Shown: positions 9,502 to 19,751 of the stretch, piece after piece | Position numbering within the stretch: the stretch's first letter is position 1 | Layout: each line of letters starts with the position of its first letter | IMG/VR virus record: IMGVR_UViG_3300025930_000141 | Location: 1 to 64,000 of that record | DNA from: a virus | Length of the DNA stretch: 64,000 bases | Reading direction: 5' to 3' (one strand) | Position numbers and translations under genes: made by a program | Notes under the pieces: model-generated | Seen by the model: the letters and a program-made list of their open reading frames with translations, nothing else | Databases searched by the model: none | What the model was told of the DNA's origin: nothing

Positions 9502-9894
9502 TCAGTCCAGTACCTCGTCCAATCGCTCGGCAATGCCAGCAAAGTCCACGGGAGCGACGCTCTCATAGAAGTTGGTCTCCGGGTTAACCACAACCTCACC
9601 GTCATTAAGACCAATGAACTTGTTTTGCTGGTCGGTGGAAATGTCGAAGGTTTCCATCAAACCCGTGGTCAAGGCGTCCATGTCGCCGTAAGGCTCACCG
9701 GCAAGCCGGTACTCGAAAACATCATCCATGTCTTCGACCTCAGTCTTTACGACAGGGTAACCCAGTTCCATGGCTACCTCGCACAGTACGCCTAGGCAAC
9801 AAAAGCCGCCGCCACGGTTCATGGCAGCACGGCTCTGCTTATACAGGCCGCTGGTCAGGGCGTCGGCCCATGCATCCTTAAGTGTGTCTTCCAT
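9502..9894 (-). CDS. paralog family B
   Basis: WADALTSGLYKQ..FCCLGVLCEV; ATG at 9894. Confidence 0.85.
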   Translation of the reverse strand: MEDTLKDAWADALTSGLYKQSRAAMNRGGGFCCLGVLCEVAMELGYPVVKTEVEDMDDVFEYRLAGEPYGDMDALTTGLMETFDISTDQQNKFIGLNDGEVVVNPETNFYESVAPVDFAGIAERLDEVLD

Positions 9895-10059
9895 TACAAT
9901 CCTAACTTGTCGAGCAGGCCTTGTTGGTCTGCGATGGTCCACATTACACGAAGTTGCTCTACGTTGTCAAGACCTATCTCGGCGCAAATTTGCTCCAATG
10001 TCATGGACGTATTGAGGAACAGGTGGTGGCTTCTCTTTAACTGTTCAATGCTGTTGTCA

Positions 10060-10284
10060 TCAAACCTCACTGTATTCCTCCAATCGAGCCAGTAGGTCTA
10101 CGGTTTCTACTCTAAACATTCTTACCTTGTAGCAGCGGCAGCCTTTATTGTTGCAGCCGCATATGTTATTACTCATCACGTGAACCTGTTCGTCCACGGG
10201 GTCAAGGAACCAGCGACGGTGTACCCGGCGACACTCTGAATGTCGGCCCTGCGCACATGCGTCAAATGGTCCCATGTTATCCAT
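10060..10284 (-). CDS. small Cys-rich protein
   Basis: C..G.H..C...C.C....C.C. Confidence 0.6.
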   Translation of the reverse strand: MDNMGPFDACAQGRHSECRRVHRRWFLDPVDEQVHVMSNNICGCNNKGCRCYKVRMFRVETVDLLARLEEYSEV

Positions 10285-10285
10285 G

Positions 10286-10873
10286 TTACATCAATTCTTC
10301 GTAGGTCTTTCGTTCGATTTCCAGACCGCTGCGCTGGTCTTCCATGTATTGTAGCACGCTGCTAATGTCGATATCGCGGCGCACCACCTCACGCTTTTGT
10401 GCATCCTTGGCGTTAATTGCACGGAAGGTTTCTTCCATAGCATAAACCACCTTATGCCGCTGAGTCGTGGTGAGGTCTGGGTTAGACATTACGTCAATGA
10501 TGTTGGTTGGAAAGGACCGCTTGTCTTCGTCAGACAGGTCCCAATACTCTATTGCCAACGTGTGCAGGGGGTTTCTGTCGTGACAGCCATAAGAACGACT
10601 GTCAGGCAGATACTTTGGGACCTTTGCCAGCGGATGCAACTTGCCCAGCGTCGGCGCTACCCAGGCGAGCATAAAGAACACCATAATCACGGGCATTACG
10701 AGCCAGGGAGTGATGGTGGCGAGCACACTGGACGCAACAATGCAGGGCAGCGACAGTGCCATGCCCCAAAATACCCGGCTCCAAGGTAGGTCAAAGTCAT
10801 ATTCTTTGTCCCACATGTTGAACATGGGCCAGCGCAACGGGTGCATTTGATACCATTGCTTTTTATTCTGCAC
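10286..10873 (-). CDS. membrane protein, divergent family A
   Basis: 2 TM, YWDLSDED, C-terminal coiled coil ending TYEELM. Confidence 0.75.
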   Translation of the reverse strand: MQNKKQWYQMHPLRWPMFNMWDKEYDFDLPWSRVFWGMALSLPCIVASSVLATITPWLVMPVIMVFFMLAWVAPTLGKLHPLAKVPKYLPDSRSYGCHDRNPLHTLAIEYWDLSDEDKRSFPTNIIDVMSNPDLTTTQRHKVVYAMEETFRAINAKDAQKREVVRRDIDISSVLQYMEDQRSGLEIERKTYEELM

Positions 10874-10874
10874 G

Positions 10875-11417
10875 TTATTCTCCTAAGTCAATGGGCCAGG
10901 TAAACCCACTGTTGTATGACAGGTTGGGTGCCCACATGTCGGTTAGTCCGAACTCTTCCTCTAACACTTTATATACTATCCCGAAACAGGTTCTTGCATT
11001 ACCCCACTTGCGGCACCGACAGAGGTTTATCTTATAAGTATACCGCCACTCACCGTCGTCGTCCTGGTCATATTCCCATGAATTGCACTGACACTGCCGG
11101 GTAGATGGTAAATACGGCATAGCATTAACCGTTGTACCGTTCACCGCATAGGCGGTAACCTCAGGTACGGCAATATCATACTTCCACAGATACCGGGCCT
11201 TACGACGCATGGTGCGAGACCGCTCTGCCTCCAACTGATTAACGGTGTGACCGGTAGCGTCTTTGGAGGGGTCATGCATTACCTTGTATACCACGCCGTC
11301 CGGTGCCAGCAGTGCTCGACGGTAGCCGCCCCACCCAACAGTTTTCCAACCATTGGGTGCGCGGCTGTCGTAGTCAAGGCTTTCTGCTATTCGGGCTAGT
11401 TTCTTACTCCCAATCAC
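10875..11417 (-). CDS. protein kinase-like protein
   Basis: VGWGGYR glycine loop, VVYK lysine, helix-C E, D..xxN (TDMWAPN) and IDLG. Confidence 0.6.
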   Translation of the reverse strand: MIGSKKLARIAESLDYDSRAPNGWKTVGWGGYRRALLAPDGVVYKVMHDPSKDATGHTVNQLEAERSRTMRRKARYLWKYDIAVPEVTAYAVNGTTVNAMPYLPSTRQCQCNSWEYDQDDDGEWRYTYKINLCRCRKWGNARTCFGIVYKVLEEEFGLTDMWAPNLSYNSGFTWPIDLGE

Positions 11418-11737
11418 CGGGGCCTGGTGAACAACTTGGTCAGCAGGGGCAGAATCTCGCTCGCAGCGGCCCGTAGAGCCCTCTCTGCGGCCACAGACAA
11501 TTCATCCAGGGGGTTGGGTCCATCTGAATTGATTGGGTCCGTAGCGTCGCTCCAAGCGTTCTCGCTGGGGGCGGGCCTATCGGAGTGCACAACCTGCAAA
11601 TGTGCTTCGGCGCTGACCACAATGCTTGCCAGACTGTTTGCCTCTATTAAAATAGACCAATGGTTTGGACAGTCGGAACACTCTAGTACAGGGTGACCCG
11701 CTGGGCTTAGCACCACGTGGAATCTATCTAAGTTCAT
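11414..11737 (-). CDS. hypothetical protein (CxxC..H...H)
   Basis: SD GGAG; GTGA overlap. Confidence 0.65.
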   Translation of the reverse strand: MNLDRFHVVLSPAGHPVLECSDCPNHWSILIEANSLASIVVSAEAHLQVVHSDRPAPSENAWSDATDPINSDGPNPLDELSVAAERALRAAASEILPLLTKLFTRPR

Positions 11738-12034
11738 TTGTTTTCTCCATACTTGTCGTTAAACCATTCTTCAACGAAACCCGCGTGCCACGACCAGTAT
11801 GCTGCGGAGTCCTTGATGTAAAAGTTGTCTTCGTCAATCAACTTACCCTCACGGTAAGCCTGACGACCCTCTTCAAAGTAATAAGTAATGAACTTACTCA
11901 TCACTCACCCAGAGCCAGGTCGGCGGCATCGAACAGATAGTCCTGATACATACCAATCAGGTCATCGTTAGGTGCCTTGTCTTCATCGGGGAGGTTTTCG
12001 TATACCTCCATGTACCACGTGTCAAAGTCAATCA

Positions 12035-12259
12035 TCAGCAACTCCCAAAACGATAAGACAACCAGGATTCAAACTCGTCGTCCCAATGAAAACCCAAGTC
12101 ATCGAGCATGCTAACGTCGGATTCTTCCATATTGTCAGGAGAGACGCCGACGTAAACGCGCAACTCGTCATGCTCGCAGTGAGTCGGAGCGTGGGTATCC
12201 TCATTCATGTAACGACGAAGAATACCTAGTGCCATAATCAAGTCATCCATTAGTTCCAC
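12035..12259 (-). CDS. conserved phage hypothetical protein (PTHCEHD..RFGSC)
   Basis: Motif pattern typical of a small phage protein family. Confidence 0.65.
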   Translation of the reverse strand: MELMDDLIMALGILRRYMNEDTHAPTHCEHDELRVYVGVSPDNMEESDVSMLDDLGFHWDDEFESWLSYRFGSC

Positions 12260-13001
12260 CTATCTGACTGAACGGAGTTATAGTGCTCTACCGCCCAGTA
12301 CCAGTCGCGCTCGGACAGGGCAATAAACTCTTCGCTGTATTCACCCAATGTACTCGCCCACGCTCAGTTCACGGAGCAGCATGGCGGCGGCAAAACCGTT
12401 ATTCTGCGCCCTTTCGAAGTCTTCACGGCTAACCTCTAGCCGGTCGAGCAGGGTGCCGTCGTCATCGGTAACGTTAATCCACATCATGACCTCCCGGTCG
12501 TTGCAGGAAAGTTTTCCTCAGAACACTCGTCCATGATTGTGTCGTAAAGGACCTTGTAGTCGTCGGCCAGCGCAATGCGGTCGTCGTCCACGCCCATATC
12601 CTGCAACTCTTGCAGGTAATCAAAACTACGCATGACAGTTTTCCTCTCAGACGAAATCGGACCAGCGGAGACCGTCTTGATAACCCTGCTCGCCACCGTA
12701 CCAGCCCGAGTAATCGGTCTCGTCGGGGTAAGGGGCATTCATCATCCAAAGGGTTTCCAGGGCGGGGCAGTCGCCGTCGCCCGTGCACTCGTCGTGCTCG
12801 CCAAACTCACGCACGCACGGCAGCGGCACGTTAGCGGGCACCGCCACGTCCACTTGGTCAAAATCACGGCGCACATAGATAGCGTCGTAACGATAGTTGC
12901 CGTAGGCAACTGCCTCGGCGTCGTACTCGTTGGCCCACACGTAGTCGGCGGGCAGACGGTTCACAGTAAGCATAACTTCCTCCATCGCTTGGTGTACCAC
13001 C

Positions 13002-13030
13002 ATCCTACCCGCTCGACAAGCGTGTGTCAA
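13002..13030 (-). promoter_or_regulatory. SigA-type promoter TTGACA-N17-TAGGAT
   Basis: Consensus boxes and spacing. Confidence 0.7.
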
Positions 13031-13400
13031 CCCCCAGTTTCAGAAGTTCTTGAAGAACTCCGTGCTGGTCATCTGCTTGGTTTTATCGGCATTAGCCTTG
13101 GCAATGCGCCTCTCGACGTACCGGCGCAGTTCGCGGCTCGACTCCTGCGCGACAACGGTTTTCCAGATTGCCGCGCCCCAGTTGCGCTTCCACGCGGAGC
13201 GGTACGCAGCCAGGGAAAACCCCAGGGCGAATAAGACCTGCGAGACAAGCATAACCTTGTCGCTGGTCGTCGGGAAAAGGTCTTCAAGCAGCGGCTCGCC
13301 GGGGTAGTCCCTAAGCGGGGTGCCCTTACGTTCAGTGGTTTCCATAATGTTTCTCCTAATAAGGGCTACCCGGCCCCCAGTGGGGCCGGGTAGCGAGTTA

Positions 13401-13964
13401 TTACTTCTTGACTTCGCCCAGGTTCGGGGCACCGCCGACGATGCCAGGCGCAAGCGGCTGGTTATACGTCAGCATGTTCATGCCGTTACCCACGGTGAAC
13501 TCGATAAACGTACCGTTCACCGCGTCCTTGGCGTAGTAAGTGTTGCACTGACCGCCAGAGTAGTAAACGCCGTCAGTACCGGGGGCCGGGACGACGAGCG
13601 GAACGGCGTTATCTCCGGGAATCTCCGGGGTAATCACCTTGTAGTTGGGGCGCAGCGACGCACACATGGTCACAGGCGGGCCGACGGTAACGTAGTAACC
13701 AATGGCCTCACCCGAGTCGTTCATGAGATAGGTATAAGCCTGAGCACCCTTCTTCCCCCACGTGTCGATGTAGAAGTTAATCGTGTCGCGGGAGTTGGAG
13801 TAAGGCATGTTATGAGCGGGCTGGTTCTTAACCTGCGCGTCATAATTGGACTGGCCGGTGGCCGACTCCTGCTTCTGGCCGTCACCAGAGGTGTCGGGGC
13901 CACAGCCGGTGACCATGAAAAGCGCAGCGAGCGCTGCGGCAAGGGCTACAATCTTCATTCGCAT
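13401..13964 (-). CDS. lipoprotein
   Basis: Signal peptide with lipobox MVTG-C; followed by a terminator hairpin. Confidence 0.8.
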   Translation of the reverse strand: MRMKIVALAAALAALFMVTGCGPDTSGDGQKQESATGQSNYDAQVKNQPAHNMPYSNSRDTINFYIDTWGKKGAQAYTYLMNDSGEAIGYYVTVGPPVTMCASLRPNYKVITPEIPGDNAVPLVVPAPGTDGVYYSGGQCNTYYAKDAVNGTFIEFTVGNGMNMLTYNQPLAPGIVGGAPNLGEVKK

Positions 13965-14398
13965 GTTACAGTTTCCTTCGGGTTATAGGTGATATGGAAA
14001 GGAAGACTGCTGCTAAGGAATTGTGCCTTAGTCGCAGACTTTGAAGCGTCGGAGTTGTATTGTCCGACCATTGAGTTATAGGTGTTCTTGGCCGCGAGCA
14101 CGTTGTGGGAGTCCACGGTCAATTGGGTGGAGTCTACCCCGGCAGCCTTGTCGCTGTCAAGGGTGTCTTCCAGGTTGTTAATGTTGTTCTGCTGAGCCAC
14201 AATGGCATTACAGTCATCGTGAAACTTGTCGTACGCCGCGATGCGGTAGTCGGCAGAGTTTGTCTTGATGTGGGCGTTACCGGCACCGAACAGCGGGGCC
14301 AGGGCAACGGTAGCCGCCCAGATACCGAAAATCAGTAACACTACTCCGGCGATTGCACCGAAAACCACGGCGACCGGGTGTCGTTCGTACCACGTCAT
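13955..14398 (-). CDS. single-pass membrane protein, partner of the lipoprotein
   Basis: N-terminal TM and helical domain (YN.DA.K). Confidence 0.75.
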   Translation of the reverse strand: MTWYERHPVAVVFGAIAGVVLLIFGIWAATVALAPLFGAGNAHIKTNSADYRIAAYDKFHDDCNAIVAQQNNINNLEDTLDSDKAAGVDSTQLTVDSHNVLAAKNTYNSMVGQYNSDASKSATKAQFLSSSLPFHITYNPKETVTCE

Positions 14399-14554
14399 TA
14401 CTTTGTCCTGTTCTTAGTAGGAGTTTCCGACCATGCTTCTACATAGTCAATCATCTGTCGGTGTGAAAACATGAACACACCAGCGTTTTGCAGGTTAATG
14501 AGGAATGCGAACTGGCCGGGACTGAACAGCCATTCAAGAATGCTGTGTACCATG

Positions 14555-14866
14555 TTACCTCCAAGGTAATAGGCTGAGGGTGCGAGCAAGACTTTCTGCC
14601 TTGCTGGTAGGAAGGGTGTTTACTACACCGTCCTTGTGATAAAGCAACATCGTTGGTACATGCTGGATATCTGCTTGCCAGTCGGCTCTATCAATGTCTA
14701 CCCGGACCAGTGGCACCCTTGTCAATTCAGACAAAGCCTCAAACTCGGGCTCAAACCTGCGGCAAGGCGCACACCAGGACGGCGCGGTGTATAAGACCAC
14801 CATGAAGGTGTCATTATTATTAACAGTCTCTTCGAACTGTTCGTGTGATGTAATGTCAGTAATCAT
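14555..14866 (-). CDS. thioredoxin
   Basis: WCAPC active site; cis-Pro VPT. Confidence 0.9.
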   Translation of the reverse strand: MITDITSHEQFEETVNNNDTFMVVLYTAPSWCAPCRRFEPEFEALSELTRVPLVRVDIDRADWQADIQHVPTMLLYHKDGVVNTLPTSKAESLARTLSLLPWR

Positions 14867-15005
14867 AGAGGGCTAACAGCCTTGGCTCGCCAGGTATTCC
14901 CAGCCGCGTCACGGTGTAGGCCGTCATGGCAGTCGGGCTCGACACAGGGGCCGGTATGGGTATATAGGTAATTACCCTCTACCGCCCCACACAATTGCTC
15001 GCTCA

Positions 15006-15608
15006 TCAGAACGGCAGGTCCGGCTTCTTATACAGAATCTCCACCCGGAGAAGTTCTGCCTTAAGGCCCATGGTCTTGACCGCAGCCGTGTAATCGCGCA
15101 AAGCCTGCTCGGGATTGGTTTGGGTCTTCATGCGCTGCTCGCTGCCACCCAAGAGATAAACAACCTCGACGCCGTAGCACTCGGGCAGAGCCTCGGCGGC
15201 GGCGAGCGCATCGCTGACAGCCAAAGTGCGGTCGGCAACAGATGACTTAGGCACGCTAACCACGTCGGTCGGCTGGACCGTGACATTGAATGCCTCAAGC
15301 GCAATGAAGGTAAAGGGACCCTGATTCCTAGATGGTCCAAAACGGTGCTTAATGTTGTTAACGGCGTTTCCTACCGAGCCGCCCGCCTTGGCGGTGTCCA
15401 CAAGCATGTTATATTCCATGCGCGGTACGTTGTCATAAAGGTAGTGGTCGCCCGCCTTGGTGACCAGCACCAATTCCCGTGCGCGCTCGGCGTAGTAAAC
15501 GTTAGAAACCCAGTCCGAGACGAACGGGTTGCTTGCTTGCAGGTTGTGCGAAAAGGTAAATGTAACTGGCACGGTCTTATCCTTAATCCATGGGGGTTTG
15601 ATTGACAT
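15006..15608 (-). CDS. KTSC-like domain protein
   Basis: S.WV..V.Y....REL.L....G..YLYDNVP...Y..L......SVG. Confidence 0.6.
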   Translation of the reverse strand: MSIKPPWIKDKTVPVTFTFSHNLQASNPFVSDWVSNVYYAERARELVLVTKAGDHYLYDNVPRMEYNMLVDTAKAGGSVGNAVNNIKHRFGPSRNQGPFTFIALEAFNVTVQPTDVVSVPKSSVADRTLAVSDALAAAEALPECYGVEVVYLLGGSEQRMKTQTNPEQALRDYTAAVKTMGLKAELLRVEILYKKPDLPF

Positions 15609-15871
15609 TACTGATAGTCTCCGATGTACATGTAAACTGCGTGGCCGTCAGGCAGTCGCTCAATGATGAGCCGTCCTACGGTGAGGTACGCGCCGACAGG
15701 CTCACTATACAGGATGCGAGCGGCTTCGTCAAGAGCCGCCTCTACGTCACTTTCGTCGGGTATTATTCGGCCTTTGTCGGCCAGTCGCCAGTAGAATTCG
15801 TTTAACTTGAACCACTTAGCGATTGTTCTTTCAACGGGTTCCATTACAGTCCCGCTCCACACGTCATGCAC
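15608..15871 (-). CDS. hypothetical protein
   Basis: TAATG overlap with the next gene; exact start uncertain. Confidence 0.6.
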   Translation of the reverse strand: MHDVWSGTVMEPVERTIAKWFKLNEFYWRLADKGRIIPDESDVEAALDEAARILYSEPVGAYLTVGRLIIERLPDGHAVYMYIGDYQ

Positions 15872-16242
15872 GGCATGGACTCGCCGTCCTTAGGGCAAAA
15901 GCCCAATTGGTTGAGCATGTTGGTCAGCCTTTCGACTTCTTCCTTTTCGTCACAATAGGCCTGCCAGACTGCGTGAAAATCGGGGTCTAGTTCAGAAGTC
16001 ATTATCTTACCCCGCTCAGTCCGTGCGGCCAGTAGGCTCGGTGCACAAGGTTAATGCAGTCCGACCCGCTGACGGCAGTGTCTTGATAGTTCGGGCAGGC
16101 CTCGGCATGAATCACAAAGCCGTCCATTAAGTCTGAAAACTCCTGGCAGAACGCTCTTTCAAAAGGCTTGTACTTTGGTACATTAATACTTTGCCGCCGC
16201 TCGTGCCACTCCCGCATGAACCTTTCGCTTTCAGGCTCAGCC

Positions 16243-16836
16243 CTATGCTTCGGTTGATAATCCATCAAACAATTCCTTTGTTAGTATCGGTACCCCGCGC
16301 TCGCGCTCTAGTTGCTCGACGCCGGGGCGACCTTTCTTCTCTAGCCAGGAGGCCTCTTCTGCGTTCCATAGACCCTCTGCAATGCCCGCAGAAAATCGGA
16401 ACGGTAGATACCGCCCACCGAATTGTTTCTCGTACTCAGCGTACCTGCGATGCTCTGCTACGGCTAAGCACTGGACGGCAGCCAGAAAGGTTTGGGGGTC
16501 CATGGCAGGTGCGCCAGTAGACCCTCCGAAATCAGGCATTTCAGCCTCGTGTGCAATAATGTCCAAGTAGTATCGCATCAGGTCATCTAGTCTAATACTG
16601 GACGAATACTTGCGGGCCTCTACGTCGTCAAAAATGTCGTTGTGCTTGAACTGGTGGCCGGTACCGAACAGTTTGTCGTTTACGCATACTACAAAGTCGC
16701 CACCCTTGGGCGTCGTCTGCTTAGCATGTCTACCGGGCATCAGGATTGTTACGTTAGGATACGGTTCCATGGAAAGGCTTTTTACTTTGCCGCCCATGGC
16801 ATACGGTATCAGGTTATTAAGTTCTTCGAATCGCAT
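16243..16836 (-). CDS. conserved hypothetical protein
   Basis: Globular 197 aa ORF (PGRH, GGDF, EHRRY, GGRYLP). Confidence 0.75.
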   Translation of the reverse strand: MRFEELNNLIPYAMGGKVKSLSMEPYPNVTILMPGRHAKQTTPKGGDFVVCVNDKLFGTGHQFKHNDIFDDVEARKYSSSIRLDDLMRYYLDIIAHEAEMPDFGGSTGAPAMDPQTFLAAVQCLAVAEHRRYAEYEKQFGGRYLPFRFSAGIAEGLWNAEEASWLEKKGRPGVEQLERERGVPILTKELFDGLSTEA

Positions 16837-17103
16837 AATGTCAATTCCATGTACTGCTAAAGCAGTTTCCTTCACACCCGGCAATCATCACAAGCAGATT
16901 GGGTCTGCCAGCATAAATCGCGTTACCGTCGCTCAGGGGTCGGATTACGTCTTCTATCGCAAGCCCGAGAGCGGGGTCGGCCAGGTGTCTGGCAATATTG
17001 TAGTATGTTACCGATGCGTCGGATATATGGTTTATAATCACATTACCGAATTCTGTTCCATCTGCCGAACGCATCCATACATGGTAATGTGCCAATTTGG
17101 TTT

Positions 17104-17280
17104 TCATGCCGGGACCTTGGCACCAATTTTCTCTAGGCCAGCGGCGTCCCAATCGAATACCCATCCTTGCGCGGCTAGGGCATCCTTAACTTCTGTTGCA
17201 TGATGCCCACAGAAGTTAAGTTCAAGGTCACCCTTGAAAACGCGCAGATAGGCTCGCTTGCGGCATCTGTCACACAACAT
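17104..17280 (-). CDS. small actinobacterial Zn-finger protein (CDRC..FCGHH)
   Basis: Motif; ATG at 17280. Confidence 0.7.
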   Translation of the reverse strand: MLCDRCRKRAYLRVFKGDLELNFCGHHATEVKDALAAQGWVFDWDAAGLEKIGAKVPA

Positions 17281-17284
17281 TCTA

Positions 17285-17656
17285 TCACACCCCTCTAGGC
17301 GGGTCAATGTCCGGCGCGGCCCTGCGGGCAGCCTCATCGGCCTCTGCCTTAATCTTCTCTAATGCGATTAGATATTCAGTATTAAGTGTAGCATATTTGT
17401 CTCTGAGGTCGTAATAGTCTTTACGCCATTTATCAACTTCGCTTTCGAGAGCCTTTACTTCTTCTCTAAGAGCAACAATTTCGATGCGCAATTCGTTTCT
17501 GATATTGGCCGCTTCATCAATTCTAACCTTGGAGCGGCCAAGCCATACCTCCAATAGTTTTAGTCCGGTACCACCCAGGATGGTACCGATGAGCGCTAAC
17601 CATGCCGGGTCCACATGGATTGCCAGGGCTACGGGTATGAATATTAATACGGTCAT
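17285..17656 (-). CDS. membrane protein with coiled coil (lysis-cassette-like)
   Basis: N-terminal TMs and long heptad region; coupled to a 4-TM gene. Confidence 0.7.
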   Translation of the reverse strand: MTVLIFIPVALAIHVDPAWLALIGTILGGTGLKLLEVWLGRSKVRIDEAANIRNELRIEIVALREEVKALESEVDKWRKDYYDLRDKYATLNTEYLIALEKIKAEADEAARRAAPDIDPPRGV

Positions 17657-18063
17657 GCTTGACCCCGCTTAACAGCAGACCGTAGCACCAGGCATATCAG
17701 GCCCAGCGTTAGCGGAGCGAGCCATTGCAGCGGTATAGGACCAGCCACAATGAAGATAGCAATTACCTGATATAGTCTCGCCAAGAACAGCAGAAAGAAC
17801 CCTGCCGAGCGGAACTGAGTCAGATTTCTATACAACCCGTAAAGGATTAGTATGGCCCCCACAGCCAGTACCGCCGCCCATAGCCAGGACATGGCCGCGC
17901 TCGTCAAAACCATTGTAAGCGGGGTAGGGTGAATCGCCCTACCAATAGCATATAGTGGGGTAAAAAAGTATGCAGCACTGATTAGACTAGTCACGGCTAT
18001 GACTGTTTCAAGCAATCGTAGCGGTGTACTATGAAATGTTCTAAATACTCCTGTGCCCTTCAT
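17653..18063 (-). CDS. 4-TM membrane protein (holin-like candidate)
   Basis: Four hydrophobic helices, basic C-terminus. Confidence 0.7.
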   Translation of the reverse strand: MKGTGVFRTFHSTPLRLLETVIAVTSLISAAYFFTPLYAIGRAIHPTPLTMVLTSAAMSWLWAAVLAVGAILILYGLYRNLTQFRSAGFFLLFLARLYQVIAIFIVAGPIPLQWLAPLTLGLICLVLRSAVKRGQA

Positions 18064-18101
18064 ATCCCCAATTTTAAACTACTACGGGCTCTAATGCGAA
18101 G

Positions 18102-18401
18102 TTATGTTTTAACTAAGTCGGCGGCTAGAATATCTGGTCCCCAATAAGCGTGCTTCAAAAGGTATTGGTCTACCGCTTGGATGCCGTCGCGGCGTCCAAC
18201 CAGTATAACTAACCAACGAGGTTCCTTTTTGCCAATCATACAGGCACCGCACACAAACATTTCTAAGTCCGGTTTAAGTGCTGACTTACGACGGTGTAAT
18301 TGTGCTTTGTGCTTCTGACAAACTGTGCAGGTCATTGTTACCTGCCCCGTGGTTTCAGTCATCGTCGTGGTCATCGTCTCCAACAATTTCGTATTCGTCA
18401 T
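18102..18401 (-). CDS. Zn-finger hypothetical protein
   Basis: CxxC..CxxC..EPRW. Confidence 0.65.
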   Translation of the reverse strand: MTNTKLLETMTTTMTETTGQVTMTCTVCQKHKAQLHRRKSALKPDLEMFVCGACMIGKKEPRWLVILVGRRDGIQAVDQYLLKHAYWGPDILAADLVKT

Positions 18402-18517
18402 TTTCCAATTCTAGTTCAAAGCGCTGTCCCTCTTCGTCCCAATAGACGACGGAGTAAAAAGCGTTACGTTGAGAAAGTATAGCATACCTATGGTATGCGG
18501 GCAACCACACAACTGTT

Positions 18518-18787
18518 TTAGGCACTGTCTCTCCTAGAGGGTTTCACCACCGGCCTGATTGGAATACCGTTCTTATTCAATTCTGCCAGGCCCATGAGCA
18601 GAACTTTTAGTTGTTCCTTTGCGTCACCACTGAATGAATCAATGTTGTCCTGGAACATTACAAACGTCAACGTTTGGTCATTCTCGTACACATCATAGTC
18701 AAAACCTCTGGGCCAGGGGCGGGTACGAATGTAATCACCCACAAGGTCATATAACGAAGGTGGCCCACCACTATATAAACTAGCCAA
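18518..18787 (-). CDS. hypothetical protein
   Basis: Overlaps the whiB stop. Confidence 0.65.
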   Translation of the reverse strand: MASLYSGGPPSLYDLVGDYIRTRPWPRGFDYDVYENDQTLTFVMFQDNIDSFSGDAKEQLKVLLMGLAELNKNGIPIRPVVKPSRRDSA

Positions 18788-19067
18788 TGTCTGCCCTAAT
18801 CTGCTTCCAGATATCTGGTGTTTTATGCTCGTTCTTCTGTGGGTCTATCTTCCCATTATTCAAGAACACTCCACCCCATGTTCCATATTCCCCGCCCTCG
18901 ACCCCGGCCTGATAGCACAGGGCTCTCACAGGACAGGATAAACATATTGAATCGGCTACCTTAGCCGTGCGAGGGTCGGTCTCGTATTCCTCAAACCACA
19001 TGCCGGGGGTGAAGTGCTGGCACAGGGAGTAATCTTGCCAACGTACCTCTGTTGGCTCATCTGACAT
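18780..19067 (-). CDS. whiB: WhiB family transcription factor
   Basis: W....C..F..C..CPV...C..GTWGG. Confidence 0.92.
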   Translation of the reverse strand: MSDEPTEVRWQDYSLCQHFTPGMWFEEYETDPRTAKVADSICLSCPVRALCYQAGVEGGEYGTWGGVFLNNGKIDPQKNEHKTPDIWKQIRADIG

Positions 19068-19278
19068 TTCGCTTATCTACTTTCCAGGTTCCGTCGTCGC
19101 CCACCGGGAACCGGTTGGCGTATCCCCACTTGCCATTACGGTAGATACCCTTCTTCGAATAAATAGCCTTGGCTTGAGGGTTAAAGAAAACAATGGTGTA
19201 CCCGTCCCAAAAGGCGTCAACTCCACGAGCGCGCTGGGTACGAACGAGGCGGTGCGCCTCACTAATGTTCAACTGCAT
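19057..19278 (-). CDS. conserved hypothetical protein
   Basis: WDGY..G.YRNGKWG. Confidence 0.7.
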   Translation of the reverse strand: MQLNISEAHRLVRTQRARGVDAFWDGYTIVFFNPQAKAIYSKKGIYRNGKWGYANRFPVGDDGTWKVDKRNVR

Positions 19279-19373
19279 GACATAGCCTTTCCAGTTATAG
19301 TCATTCTAGGCGGGGATGCGGGAGGGACGGTAACAAGTTACCGTCCCTCCCTATGTTTGGTGCTACGCGATTA

Positions 19374-19676
19374 TCAGGCGGATGAGCCTGAGCCAGCGGC
19401 TCCACTTACAGTACGCATAAATGATGCGTCCTTGAAGTCGTTAGGCTGGTCACGCGCATTCTTGCGAGCCAACGATTCAACATCGGAACGTGCTGCGTAT
19501 GCGTCCAGAGCAACATCATAGTTAATGAAAGAAGCCCGTAGTACGCCAGCGGCAGCGGCGTGCGCGGCGTTTTCAACGTCGTTGGCCTCAGGACCGAGGC
19601 CCTGTAGGTTATCGCTAGCAGTCTTGGCGGTACCACGACCACCAACGACCATTGCGTCCAAATCTGACTGTGCCAT
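19374..19676 (-). CDS. hypothetical Ala-rich protein
   Basis: Strong SD GGGAGGT; own terminator hairpin. Confidence 0.75.
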   Translation of the reverse strand: MAQSDLDAMVVGGRGTAKTASDNLQGLGPEANDVENAAHAAAAGVLRASFINYDVALDAYAARSDVESLARKNARDQPNDFKDASFMRTVSGAAGSGSSA

Positions 19677-19751
19677 ATTGTTTACCTCCCAGTTGTACTA
19701 GAATATGCTCTGTCACGAACAATACCATAGTATCTTGAGAGACATTTAATG

